This document shows, one piece after another, positions 14,060-34,855 of a DNA stretch of 64,000 nt. Positions within the stretch are counted from its first letter, which is position 1; every line of letters begins with the position of its first letter. This DNA comes from the human T2T-CHM13v2.0 reference genome, Homo sapiens. The notes under the pieces were generated by a model, which did no database searches, had not been told where the DNA came from, and worked only from the letters and a program-made list of their open reading frames with translations. The DNA lies in the NCBI RefSeq assembly GCF_009914755.1, contig NC_060927.1; one strand, given 5' to 3'. The position numbers and the translations under genes are program-made.

Positions 14060-14270
14060 AACACATACACTTACATGGTGCCAGCCATGATTCCAAGTAG
14101 TTATGGAATATTAGCACCTTTAACCCTCATAACAGTTCCAGAAGTAGGAACATTTTTAATCCCAGGTTTACAGATGTGGAAACTAAGGCACAGGCAGGTT
14201 AAGTAACTTGCACAGGGTGATGTGGCTGCTGAATGGTAGAGCTGGGATTTGAACCCAGGAGCTACACTGT
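14060..14270 (-). mobile_element. MIR SINE
   Basis: tttacagatgtggaaactaaggcacag...gttaagtaacttgc...gggatttgaacccagg. Confidence 0.8.
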
Positions 14271-14539
14271 GCCTCCTCTCTGGCAATTGCTTGACCAAGT
14301 CTTCTGTTGAAACTGAACTATAAGGAATTATGCAGATTGTGGGTGTGTTATGGGGAGGGAACCTACATTTAACCATAGACATTAGTTTATATGTAGGAAA
14401 AAACAACAGAAGCTAGAATGTCAGAAAGTAAGTGGGAAACCCTCATGACATGGTGGATTTTTTTCTCAGTAGAAAAAAATTTTTACTGCAGAAGAAAAAT
14501 GTCTCAGCAGAAGAAAATTTGGGGTCCATGCCTACATTA

Positions 14540-15290
14540 CTAAATACTTGGACTCAAATACTCGGACTGGTTTTCCTCCTCCCTTCCTAACGACACCTCC
14601 TCTGCCTCTTTCACAGGCTCTTTCCCCTTAGCCTTCTCCAAAGGCTTTCTTTCCTCCTTTTCTAATCTCAGTTGTTTTCTTGGCTTCCAAGCAAAAAAAT
14701 CCCAAATCCATGTTGCTTGCTGTGATCTTTCTTCCTGGTTCAAAATCATAATTCATTGCTTCCTGATGTCAAAGCAAAAATGTCACAACAAGATCTCAAA
14801 TTCTACATCTGGGAAGATGAACCACATTGGCTGATACCCTAGAGATGAGAGAGGAGCCCAATGTCACAGCCAGACTTTTCTTATATTCAGCACGCCCCAA
14901 ACAGCACCTGCCACCTGCCCCTCCCAAGCTCACTGCCACAGGCCCCATCTCATTCCTGACCCCTGTCATCCTCTCTATGAAGCTCGAAGCCTTCATTATC
15001 TTTTCCTCCTCTCTTTCTCCATATCTGAAGGAGTCTCCCTCCTCAACTGGTCTCAAATCTGTCTTCTGCTTTACATGTTGTCATTGTCTAAACTCAAGCC
15101 CTTCCCACCTGCCTCCAGTCTCCCTGACCCTCATCTGCCTTCCCTCCTACACCCACCCCTACACACAGCTGACAGGCATTCTCCCAAACACAGATCAGCT
15201 CACACCACTCCTTGGCACGGCCTCTCAACTCCATCTCTGGACCTTGGGTGAATCTGCCAACTGCTCAGTGAAAATGACCTCCTTCTTTGC
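14540..15290 (+). mobile_element. L2 LINE fragment (degraded)
   Basis: Pyrimidine-rich L2-like blocks; explains ORF 14827-15375 as non-genic. Confidence 0.5.
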
Positions 15291-15299
15291 TCTTAAAAA

Positions 15300-17120
<1,821 letters not shown>

Positions 17121-17798
17121 TCTGTCTGATATCTCAGCCATCCCACTGATGGAAAAGACTTTTAACCACATTTCTGTCCACAGAAATCTGTGTTTATTAA
17201 AAAAAAAATGTGCTGCATTCCTGTACAAGGGATGGTTGTTATCTGAGTATTTGTTACCCAAGTGCCTACAGTTATGACTTGCTTATGAAGCAAAAATTAT
17301 TATAATATGAAACTATTTGCTAAGGGAATATGACACAGCCTATACACAAATAAAGTCTCTTCCTATTCCACAGCCGTTCTCACCCATCTCATTGACACCT
17401 CTGTGGTTTGTAGCACCTCCAAAATTATCATTCAAATTCAATGCAGATTGGTTCACAAAACGAACTTGCAAATCTTGCAAAGTCTCAGGGTTTCATGGAG
17501 TTCATGAAAGTAACATAGCAGGACTGCTCAAAGCCTTGAGACCAGATAACAGCTACCCAGGAGAAAATAGACCAGGGGGAGAAGACAATGTAAATGACAA
17601 GGGTTCAGAAAACTCCTTTAAAAATTGATAAGGCTGTCAAATACCTTTGTGGGGAAAAAAAATGACCTTCTTTATGAATGTGAAATAAAAGTCAAAAATG
17701 AAGTGAAGGATACCATTCAATTTTGTCAGAAAAAAAAGTTTAGATTCTTTGTTCTAATAATTAGCACATAGCCTAAACCATGATCTAAACTTTGTTAG

Positions 17799-18151
<353 letters not shown>

Positions 18152-18551
18152 AAGGTGTCCTTTTTTTCAAAATAAAATGCTAATCTATTTTTTTCCCCTC
18201 TATTTACTGTAAAGTTTCAGTCCCTTCAGTAAGTAGGTTTAATTTAAATGACTTTATCTTGGTGTCAGTATTCTGCAGGTCAGGACCCCTCCCTTGCATA
18301 CAGTAGGAAACTTAAAGCTGCTGTGGCAAGAGGGTGGGCCTGTCCCCTTAGATGCTCCTTGCTCGTGTTAGCCATCTCCCAATCCTATGAGCCCCTCTCT
18401 CTCTCCTTCGCTTCCTCTGGCCCCATGCTTGCTTTTTACTTTCTGATCTCACTTTCCTCACTTATCAGAAGAGGAAAATATCCCAGTCCAACCAACTTCA
18501 CAACAAGTCATTCTTATAGTCAAATGAGTTCATGGATAATAATAGTAGTCA

Positions 18552-18859
<308 letters not shown>

Positions 18860-19978
18860 GTAGTCACTAACATGTATTGAACCATCATTCTATGTCTGAC
18901 CATGTGTTGAGAGCTTAACATAGACCACTGCAATTAACTCTCCCCAGACTTGTAAAGGTAAAGGCTGTTATTATCTTGCATTTTACAGAGAAGCAAACAG
19001 AGGCTCCAGGATGTTAAGTAATGTACTGAAGTTTTCTTAGTCTTTGGAGGAGTCAAGATTTACTTCAAGCATTTAACTACTAAACTATCCACGCTATAAA
19101 AGCGCTATGAGGACAGAATGGTATTCTATAAATATAGGCATCAGCATTATTATATTTCCCTGTGTATGCTCTGAACTCCCAAAGACACTGAATGATAAAG
19201 CAGAAATTATTAACAGGTCTTTTTTATGTGTATGACTGGTTGTTTGGACCCCAAAATATTCCACTAGTGGCACCCAGTGGCACCCATAGGCATTGATTAA
19301 CCCCACTCAGAGTCTCTAGGCCTTGGAAGACCAATTTGACTGTGAGTGGTAAGATAGAAGCAGACTAACTCACCCCAAAGAACATTTTACATGGTCCCCA
19401 AGCCCTCCCCCAGCAGCTCTGGCAGAGATGAACCTAGTCACTCTGCCCTCACTATTGCAGGCCAAAGTGGCGGGGGCCAGGCACAATGACCTAAAAGGAA
19501 ATTTGGTTCTGATAGACTAACAGAGGAGATAGGATATGTGTGGGGTTCTGTGCTTGGCGCTAGAATTTGTGGTTGGCAAATGCAAAGAGGCTGTTAAGTG
19601 CCCGCATATAAGATGATGAAGAATACTTCTTCCCTGTAAGTCTATTCTCAGCACTGGCAGGGGCCCCCTGCAGCAGGAAACGTTGGGTTTACAGGGCAGG
19701 GTCCCTTCCTCTGCTGCAGATGCCCCTGTTTAATGGCCCTCCCTCTGCTCAGGCTGAGAGGGCCTGACCCTCACGGGACAGAAGTCAGCCACTGCTGAGC
19801 TTTGCATTTTCAGGTCTTTCAAATGCATTGTGTTTGCCCCAGCCAGCTTCTGCAGGGGCCCAGGTTGGTGAGTGGGTGCTAATTTGCCTAACAGGCAAAA
19901 GGGGGTTTGTGTATCACCAATGTCTTTTGGGAGGGAAATTACAACCTGCTGAAGGGGGAGCTGGAGGTGATCAAATGT

Positions 19979-20100
19979 GACTAAATGCGGTAAAACCAGC
20001 AACTTCACAACTTCTTGTTGTGAATGCGGTAAAACCACCAACTAAATGCGGTAAAACCGACTAAATGCGGTAAAACCACCAACTTCACCAACTTCTTCTG
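19979..20100. repeat. Complex local duplication, four copies of AATGCGGTAAAACC
   Basis: Direct observation; includes an 8-bp inverted repeat at 20004-20024. Confidence 0.95.
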
Positions 20101-20859
20101 AGGAGACCAGCTGGGGGAAGGGGGCTGGAGGTAGAATTATACTTGTTGGCACAAACAGTGGGAAACTGGGAGAAAAGAAAGACCCCCAAACCACAGGCCT
20201 CCTTCTAATCTGGACCTTGAGTAGGAAGGAAGGATTTTGGGAAGGGTCCCCTTATCCTACAAATGAGGAAGCTGATATCTAAAAAAGCCTCAGGACTACA
20301 GCAAGTATGCCCTCATAGTAAACACAGAGCTGCAATCAATCCCAGGCCTCCTGGGCCCCAGGTCTGGACTTTTCCATCCCAGTGCTCCCTCTATGGGTTA
20401 ACATCACACACCCAAGTTTGAGCAAACATTTAGTTGTAAAATGGCTGATGTGCACGTTCTAATGAATAAGCCACAGTTTAAGCACGTCAGGCAAGAAAAC
20501 TTGGGGTAAGGCATCTATTTTAGAATGGTTGGGGGTGGATGTGGAGGACATATGTTGGTTTTCCTGCCCACCAGTGCCACCACTTACAGTGTTCAGGTGT
20601 CTGTCACACAGCACAATGTTGTCCTGCCAAGGAGTCAATTGAGTCAATATCCACCTTTAGTTCTGCTCACTCAACTATCTGTCCTAGGTGTGGGTTTTCT
20701 TCTGCCCAGAGGAAGGCAGGTCAAAGGTGCCATCTGCTCCCCAAGAAGTGGGGGCATAGGTCTGCATCAGCCTGGAGGGGGTGCCTGTTTCCAACTCACA
20801 AGGGTCCCACATAGGCTAGCTATGGCATCTTGCATCCATCCCTTCTTCTTTTGAAGCTG

Positions 20860-21241
20860 AAACACAATTTTCTTTCGTGGAGTCAGGCCCTACCCAATCT
20901 CAGTCCTGTGGTTTGATGGAGCAGACCCCACTCTCATCTTCAGGAATGGACCACTGACCCAAGCCTGTAGCCATTTTAAGGATGGGCACCTGACTTAGTG
21001 AGAATAACTACAGAATTATTGCTGGAACTGTTGATACCAAGCCAATCCTTTTCTTGGAGTTGCTAATCTCGGGAGAGGTGGAGGGAGCAGAAAAGAAGAT
21101 AGCATTGCAAGAAGCCTCGGAATCAGTTGAGTCTGACCAGATTCGTCTTCTTATGGTTAGTTATACGAACCAATTCTCTGTTTTACTCAGGCTGGGTTAG
21201 GTTGACTCTCCCTGGCAACCAAGAGAATTCTCACCAATACA
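20860..21241 (+). mobile_element. Old MLT1 (J/K-type) LTR remnant
   Basis: 3' end ...ggcaaccaagagaattctcaccaataca and internal aggatgggcacctgac resemble old MaLR LTRs. Confidence 0.45.
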
Positions 21242-22458
21242 ATGAGAAAGCGGAAGTTTCACCTTAAATGAAAGCTCCTCTAGCATCCTCTAGCAGATTT
21301 GTCAAGAGATCGTTCCAAATCTGAACCCATCCTAAAAAGGCATCCCTGTCCCCCCGGGCTTGTTGGAAAGACAGGATTGTGAAGGGCCTGTCCCACAGGC
21401 ATGTAAATTACGTTGAGGTTTATTTGCCTACACTTGCAATATCTATTCTTTCACTTCTAGTGGTTCTAGAAGATGCTGGAGCACTTATCCCTCAGGTCAC
21501 TAACAACACTGTCAAGAAAAGACCCACATTTTAAATTCCATTTAGTCCATTTCTGCAGAGCTGGGTAACCAAATGAGACAGCCATGGAAAATATATGACT
21601 TCCATTATTATGACGTGGAAAACAGAGCTGTCTAATTGCTTTTGTCCACTGGTGTATAAAGATTGAGACCAGATGTGTTTAAAAAAAAAAAAAAGGAAAA
21701 GAAAGAAAGAAAAAAAAGGGCTTGAGTTGGCCGTTGCTTTGAACAAAGCAGTCTGATTTCCTCTCTTTCTCTCTCTCTCTCTCTCTGGGAAAGACGACAT
21801 GAAAGTGTTTTAACTGCTTGTAATTTTTCATAGCCTCGTTGATTTTGCTTTTCACAGAAGATGAAATTGTGAAATTGGCCTTGAAAACTTTATTTTCGCT
21901 TTCCTCAATTCAAAGGGACAATTGTGGAAGGAAAGAACTGAGCTGCTTGCCAGACCCAGCGCACTCCTTTTTCTCTGGACAGCTGCTGCTTTGCAGAGGG
22001 TCGTGGGAGGAGGTGAGCCCTAACGCAGATCAGACCCTCCTTCCCTCAGCCAGCCGCTGGGGAGTAGAGTCTTCGCATGTAAATCCACAGGAATGGATGA
22101 GATGATGATCGGCTTTAAATAGAACCACCCAGGGCCCAGCTTCTGTGTTTCATTTTCCAGAAGAGCCCCTAAATCTGCTTCAACATTTTTTTAACCTCTC
22201 CAGTTATTTTTAGCACACGCAGCCAACAGAGCTCAGCAGGCCCGTGGAGGCGCTAACATGTCCCCCAGTTCATCTCCTTCTGCAAAGGTGCATTTGAAGC
22301 ATGAAAAAATAAAAAATAAAAAATACGTGCGGACCCAAAGAGGTGATGATTTAGAAGCCAGGTTACATGGCCCTGCTGCTCTGTATCAAGCGAGTGCTGC
22401 CCACTGGAAATACAATTCTTTTAAAGATTATATCATTATTTTCAAAATTAATTTTTGA

Positions 22459-22990
<532 letters not shown>

Positions 22991-23628
22991 TCACTTTCTC
23001 ATTTACTGGAGAAGTTGGTAATTTACTGCTCCCTATGCAGGGGTTTCCCTCCCATTCCAGGGTCTGAAGCTATGTAGTTGCATCTCAGAATATTTACAGG
23101 GATCTCATAGTTCCACAGGGGTCTTTGCTATTCTCTGCTAGAGCCCCCCATAGTTCATCTCTAATTGGGGCAAAATAAATACTTTTAATTAATTTCCCTC
23201 ACATTTTTATAGGCAACAAATCCTCAGTGATACCATAGAGAAGAAAAGATTGTGCAAAAGAATGTAAGATGCTAAATGCTTCTGCTGGAATGGGTAAGTT
23301 TCCCCAGCACTTACTCCACACATCCATTTCCCTGTACTTATGTGTATTATCATTCCAAATCAGGGCTCCACAAAATCCAGGCCTCCCTTTTCTCCCAGTG
23401 CCCTTGGCTTTCAATTAATTCTGACATGATTTCCATAGGGAGTGATTAATGTGTAGCATGAATGGGAACAGCCATTACAGAGCAATTGCAGTGGAGAAGA
23501 CTGGGCTCATTGGTGCTGTACTTAGGAGCCAGGTGACCTTGGGCAAGTAATTTAGCCTCTATTAGCCCCGACTTCCTCCTCCATGGAATGGACTCCTTTG
23601 CAGCATTGTTATAAGGATTAAAGGAGAA

Positions 23629-23972
<344 letters not shown>

Positions 23973-24594
23973 CTACTATGATTAAATCATTGCCAGAGCC
24001 TCCTTAGAACATGACCCCAGGATTCATGCTGTATGTCCCCTTAAAAGTGTGACTACCTTACAGGGAGTTTGGCACTTTGATAAATGGAACACAGGCTTGG
24101 GTACAATGTGAAACCCAGGATTCCATTGCATTCTCCTCCAAGGGCCTGTGCAAGAGAGGTCTGCTCAAATATGCTCCTTCTAAGGGAGGCTGTTGCTCCA
24201 CCAGCTCGCTAGAGACACTGAACGAACAGGGCTTGGAGGACAGGTTTTGAATCTTGTGGCGCTACCCACCCTTCCCACCTTTCCAAGACACCAACATATC
24301 AGATCAGGGAGAGACGCCTAACCTAATACCAGCACTTTCTCAGGCAGGCCAGCAACCTTTGAATACTTGGGAATTTGAATTGTGAAACCTGGAAAGACGT
24401 CCCCATAACAGTGGGGTCCAAAGCTGAGGGTCATGAAGTTGGGAGTAAAGAGAAATCCTGGGAAGCAAGAACAGCTAGAGGAAGAATGATAGAGCAGGCC
24501 TGTTCTCCAGTTCTCCCTTCTGTCTACCTATCTTTTTAGCACAAATCGCCTTTCTCCCGGGGCAGAGGAAATAAGGAGCGCTCCATGCCTCATG

Positions 24595-26520
<1,926 letters not shown>

Positions 26521-26559
26521 AACTAACAATGGTGTGAACCGAATGTAGAGGCCTTAGTT

Positions 26560-26740
26560 ATAATCCTCATTCATTGTCTATCAGTGCTTTATGACTTTGC
26601 AGAACTTTCACACTCGTATCCTCTTTTAACCATCAAAACTAGCAATCAGGCAGACTTCTGTAAGGAAAATTGCAGTTTCCCATGGATGCCCATTTATAAA
26701 AGGGAGACCATGCTCACTCATGCATGTAGTCAACAAATGG
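26560..26740 (-). mobile_element. Degraded MIR
   Basis: actttcacactcgtatcctcttttaaccatcaaaac...cccatttataaaagggagacc is MIR-like. Confidence 0.5.
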
Positions 26741-27040
26741 ATTGTGCACCCATAGAGCTGCTAATGATGCCCCCAAAGGGGAAGAGAAAGGCTGGGCACA
26801 TGGGTTCTCTCCACCTGCCCAGGGCTGGGTTTCTTATTATGGAAGTGCTTTAATAGCACTTTTAAACTGTGTCATCCTTTACAAAAATTTTCACTCTGGA
26901 AACTTCCATTAAGCTGCCTATGCCAGTCATTCTAACCATCTGAGTTCACACGCAGGTCTGGCCTGTTGGATGAAGCTCACTCATCACTTCCCTACTTTTG
27001 TGCACTTAGGTGTCCTTCTGCCTGAGTATGCACATACTAA

Positions 27041-29290
<2,250 letters not shown>

Positions 29291-29296
29291 TATGCT

Positions 29297-29569
<273 letters not shown>

Positions 29570-29756
29570 TCATTTTTTTTGGTGCCAGCTGCTATTTTTA
29601 TCACTCAGCCATTCATTCAATCTCTACCTAGTCCAGGGTGGACATAAAGCTATAGTGCATAGAATAGTCCTTGCCTTCAAAGAACTCATTGCTCTGTCAG
29701 GGAGCCAGGTTCTAAAGCCCCCAAACTCTGGAGTATCAAGTCTGTTCTTTATATTA

Positions 29757-30158
<402 letters not shown>

Positions 30159-30799
30159 TTAAACTCTCATAAACACTAGAGCTAATGAGTGTAGAATATT
30201 CCACTGGATTGAGCAAAGAGCTGAAATAATAACACATAGGCTCATGCACAGACTTTTGTTGTAAAACCTATTTCAATATTTTGTGCCTTTGGCATAATAA
30301 TTGCTTTTTTTATAGTTTAATATTTTTAATAGACTGATTCTTGAATTGTTGGAATAAAACTTGAATTAAAAGGGATACTGAGAGAGTAATGATAAATAAG
30401 TACCCAACCTGGAGGCACAGTTAAGCTGCTGTTATGTGACTGCCAATGGACTTGTTTTCACTTATTCACTTTCCCTTGTGTGATTAATCTTTATTGTCCC
30501 CAGTGTGAATTGTCAAAAGGAGGGGGGGAAGCATACTGACAAAAATACATTTCTTGTGCAACTCCTAAGTATTTATCATACTGTGTTGCTTTATTAATTT
30601 TGAGTGCTGGGAAAATGGTAAAAATACAATGTAGAATTAAAGAATAACATATATATGTGTAAAATCTCAGATATTTGAAAAGATTATAGCCTCAGTTTCT
30701 AACAATTTTGCAGCAGTTTCTAATAAATGCACTGCACCATCATCGTTTCAGTGCCTTATCTAGAAGAGAACTGCATCCTCACCACCACATACCTGATGA

Positions 30800-31452
<653 letters not shown>

Positions 31453-31533
31453 GTCATTGCTTTTTAAACTGAAAAAAAAAAAAAAATGCTTCTTCTTTGC
31501 TCTCAACCTGCTTTCTCAGGCCTGGTTACATTT

Positions 31534-31604
31534 TTTTTTTTTTTTTAGATAAAATAAAAAATTTTAATACTTCATTAAAAAAAATAAGCCTTTGGCACTC
31601 CTAC
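31534..31604 (-). pseudogene. Extremely 5'-truncated processed retrocopy (mRNA 3' end, parent unknown)
   Basis: 15-bp TSD GGCCTGGTTACATTT (31519-31533, 31605-31619), poly(A), and ATTAAA 16 nt before the tail. Confidence 0.75.
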
Positions 31605-31667
31605 GGCCTGGTTACATTTCTAGATCTGTTAGTTGTGATGTTGTTTTTTTAAAAATAGTAATTATTG

Positions 31668-31839
31668 AGCTAGGCATGGTGGCTCGTGCCTATAATCCCA
31701 GCTACTCAGGAGGCTGAGGTGAGGGGATTGCTGGAGGCTAGGTGTTTGGGGCTGCAGTGAGCTATGATTGTTCCATGATTGTTCCACTGTATTCCAGTTT
31801 GGGTGACACAGCGAGATCTTGTCTGTCTCCAGAAAAAAA
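31668..31839 (+). mobile_element. Alu monomer (FRAM-like)
   Basis: Single right-arm-type unit with an 11-bp internal duplication ATGATTGTTCC. Confidence 0.85.
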
Positions 31840-32019
31840 GTCATCATTTTGTTTTGCTTAAGTAATGCATGTTTATCATAGAAAATGTAGACTGTAGCAC
31901 ATTAAAAGAAAAAAATTACTCATAAATCCCATCCAGAAACAATTATATATAAATAACTCTATATACAAAATTTTAAGGCATGTTGAGTTCCAGTTCCCTT
32001 TCATATGATAAAATATATG

Positions 32020-33318
32020 CAGATGGTCCCTGACTTATAATGATTCCACTTTTTTTTTTTTTTTTGAGACAGGGTCTCACTCTGTCCCCCAGGCTGGAAT
32101 ACAATGACATGATCATGGTTCACTGTAGCCTTGACTGCCTGGGCTCAAGCAATCCTCCAACCTCAGCATCCTGTGTAGCTGGGACTGCAGACACATATCA
32201 CCATGCTTACCTATTTTTATTTTTTGTAGAGACAGGATCTCACTATGTTGCCCAGACCAGTCTCAAACTCCTGGGCTCAAGTATTCCTTCTGCCTCAGCC
32301 TCCCCAAGTGCTGAGATTATAGGTGTGAGCCACCAGGCACGGTCCACTTACTGGATTTTTTGACTTCAGGATGGTGTGAAAACAATAAGCATTCAGTAGA
32401 AACTTCAAATACCCATACAACCATTCTGTTTTTCACTTTCAATACACTATGCAATAAATTACATGGGGGCTGGGTGCGGCGGCTTATGCCTGTAATCCCA
32501 ACACTTTGGGATGCCAAGGCGGGGGGATCACCTGAAGTCAGGAGTTTGAGACCAGCTTGGCCAATATGGTGAAACCCCGTCTCTACTAAAAATACAAAAA
32601 TTAGCTGGGTGTGGTGGCATGTGTCTGTAATCCCAGCTACTCGAGAGGCTAAGTAAAGTAGGAGAATCGCTTGAACCCGGGAGGCGGAGGTTGCAGTGAG
32701 CCAAGATCACACCACTACACTTCAGCCTAGGAGACAGAGCAAGACTCCATCTCAAAATTAAAAAAAAAAAATTCCATGAAATATTCAACACTACTATAAA
32801 ATAGGTTTTGGCCAGGCATGGTGGCTTATGCCTGTAATCCCAGCATTTTGTGCGGGCTGAAGAGGTAGGATTGCTTGAGCTGAGGAGTTCAAGACCAGGC
32901 TGGGCAACATAGGGAGACCCTATCTCTACAAAAATTAGCCAGGCATGGTAGCACACGTCTGTAGTTCTAGCTACTTCGAGAGGCTAAAGCAGAAGGATCG
33001 CTTGAGCACAGAAATTTGAGGCTGCAGTGAACTATGATTATACCACTTCACTCCAGCCTGGGTGACAGAGCAAGACTCTGTTTCTAAAAATAAATAAATA
33101 AGTAAATAATAACATAAAATAGGCTTTGTGTGAGATGATTTTGCCTAACAGTAGGCTAATGTAAGTGTTCTGAGCACATTTAAAGCAGGGTAGGCTAAGC
33201 TATGATGTTCAGTAAGTTAGGTGTATTAAACGCATTTTGACTTGCATTTTTGGCTTACATTTTTAATTTGCAATGGATTTGTCAGAATGTAACTCCATGA
33301 TAAGTCAAGGAGAATCTG
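32020..33318 (-). mobile_element. MER47A (TcMar-Tigger) split by three Alus (32050-32345 -, 32468-32771 +, 32810-33110 +)
   Basis: TIRs cagatggtccctgactta / taagtcaaggagaatctg followed by TA; internal gtaggctaatgtaagtgttctgagcac...taggctaagctatgatgttc. Confidence 0.85.
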
Positions 33319-33926
33319 TATACAGTATAATACACACGTGTGTGTGCACACTCACATGACATTTAAGCCAAGTCTTTGTAAACTCTACTGTGAAGAAACT
33401 GCGAATCCCTACGGCAAATGTAAAGTCACCTCCATCCCTCCCCTGGCCAAACCTCTTTGCAGGTTATTTGAGACACAACTACTGGTGCGCTCTCTTGTTT
33501 GCAAGCAAAGACAGCTTTTTCTACTCTTTGATTTCCCAGTGTACAAATGAGGGGCTGGTCCCCCTGGGCCCTAAGCAGCACCCTCTCACAACTCAACTAC
33601 TGGGCGGGTAGAAGTGTGCCAAGGCAGAAGACATATCTTGCCAGTTGCTACCCTGCATCTTTGACTTGCTGCATCTCAACTTAAAAGGTGACAGTGATAT
33701 CTTCAACGTCCTCTGGACAAATGAAAACAAGCCACAAGCCTCTTTCTTTGGACCTATATGTTTGTGCTGTAGGCAAAAAGTCAGGAACTCCCAAGAAAAT
33801 AAAAGAAATGGCAAAACTGCAAACAAAATCCTAGGGCAAAAACTGCTGAGTGGTTCCAGTAATAATAACCAGTATTTAACAAGTGCTGCTACAAGCTGCT
33901 CCTTATGCTGAGGACTTAGCAGGCCT

Positions 33927-33948
33927 TTATATATATATATATATATAT
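33927..33948. repeat. (TA)n microsatellite
   Basis: Direct observation. Confidence 0.95.
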
Positions 33949-34551
33949 CATCCTTCCTATGAGATAAAAACTATGATGACCTTACTTTTCAAAACAGTAC
34001 ATGAAGCTTCGAGAGTATAGCAGATGCTGCCATTGTTCTGCCCACATCCCTTTACCATTTTGGTGCACCCCAGGCCGGCTCCCAATGGCCATCCCCTGCG
34101 TCTCTGTGAGAGCTGCCTTTGCGCTTTGTCCATGAACATGACAGGCCAGAAGTGTCTGGGTCTTCACTGCCCCCTCAGGAAGCCCTTAACATGTGTCTGC
34201 CAGGTGTGGGGGTATATATATCCCAGCTCCCTCTCCACTTGGCTGGAATGATTGTAAGCTGTGTATTCTACTCTGTTTCCCAGAGTTTTCCTGAAGGTTT
34301 AAGCTTCAGCTGCCCATTGTGGTAGCTGGCTTTAAAATGCACCCTTATTAGCTTCCTTCCGTCCACCTTCCCTAATCCATTCCGTCACCTCCCTAATAAT
34401 TGACTGCACTGAATCCTCATCTTAGGGTAGGAATCTGTCAGAGGTTCAACTAAAAGAAATGTTGAGCAACTTGCAATTTGGCCACACAGGCAGTAAATAG
34501 CTGAGCTAAGGTTGGAACTGTGAAAACTCTTTCCAAAGCCAATTCTCTTAA

Positions 34552-34855
<304 letters not shown>

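Noticed and set aside
17317-17628. ORF containing FKFNADWFTK, faintly like the Tigger/CENP-B FxASxGWF motif
   Set aside because: Similarity is too short, and there are no TIRs or other transposase motifs.
19979-20100. CRISPR-like repeat/spacer appearance
   Set aside because: Primate DNA; the spacers are irregular and derived from the repeat's own flank; no cas genes.
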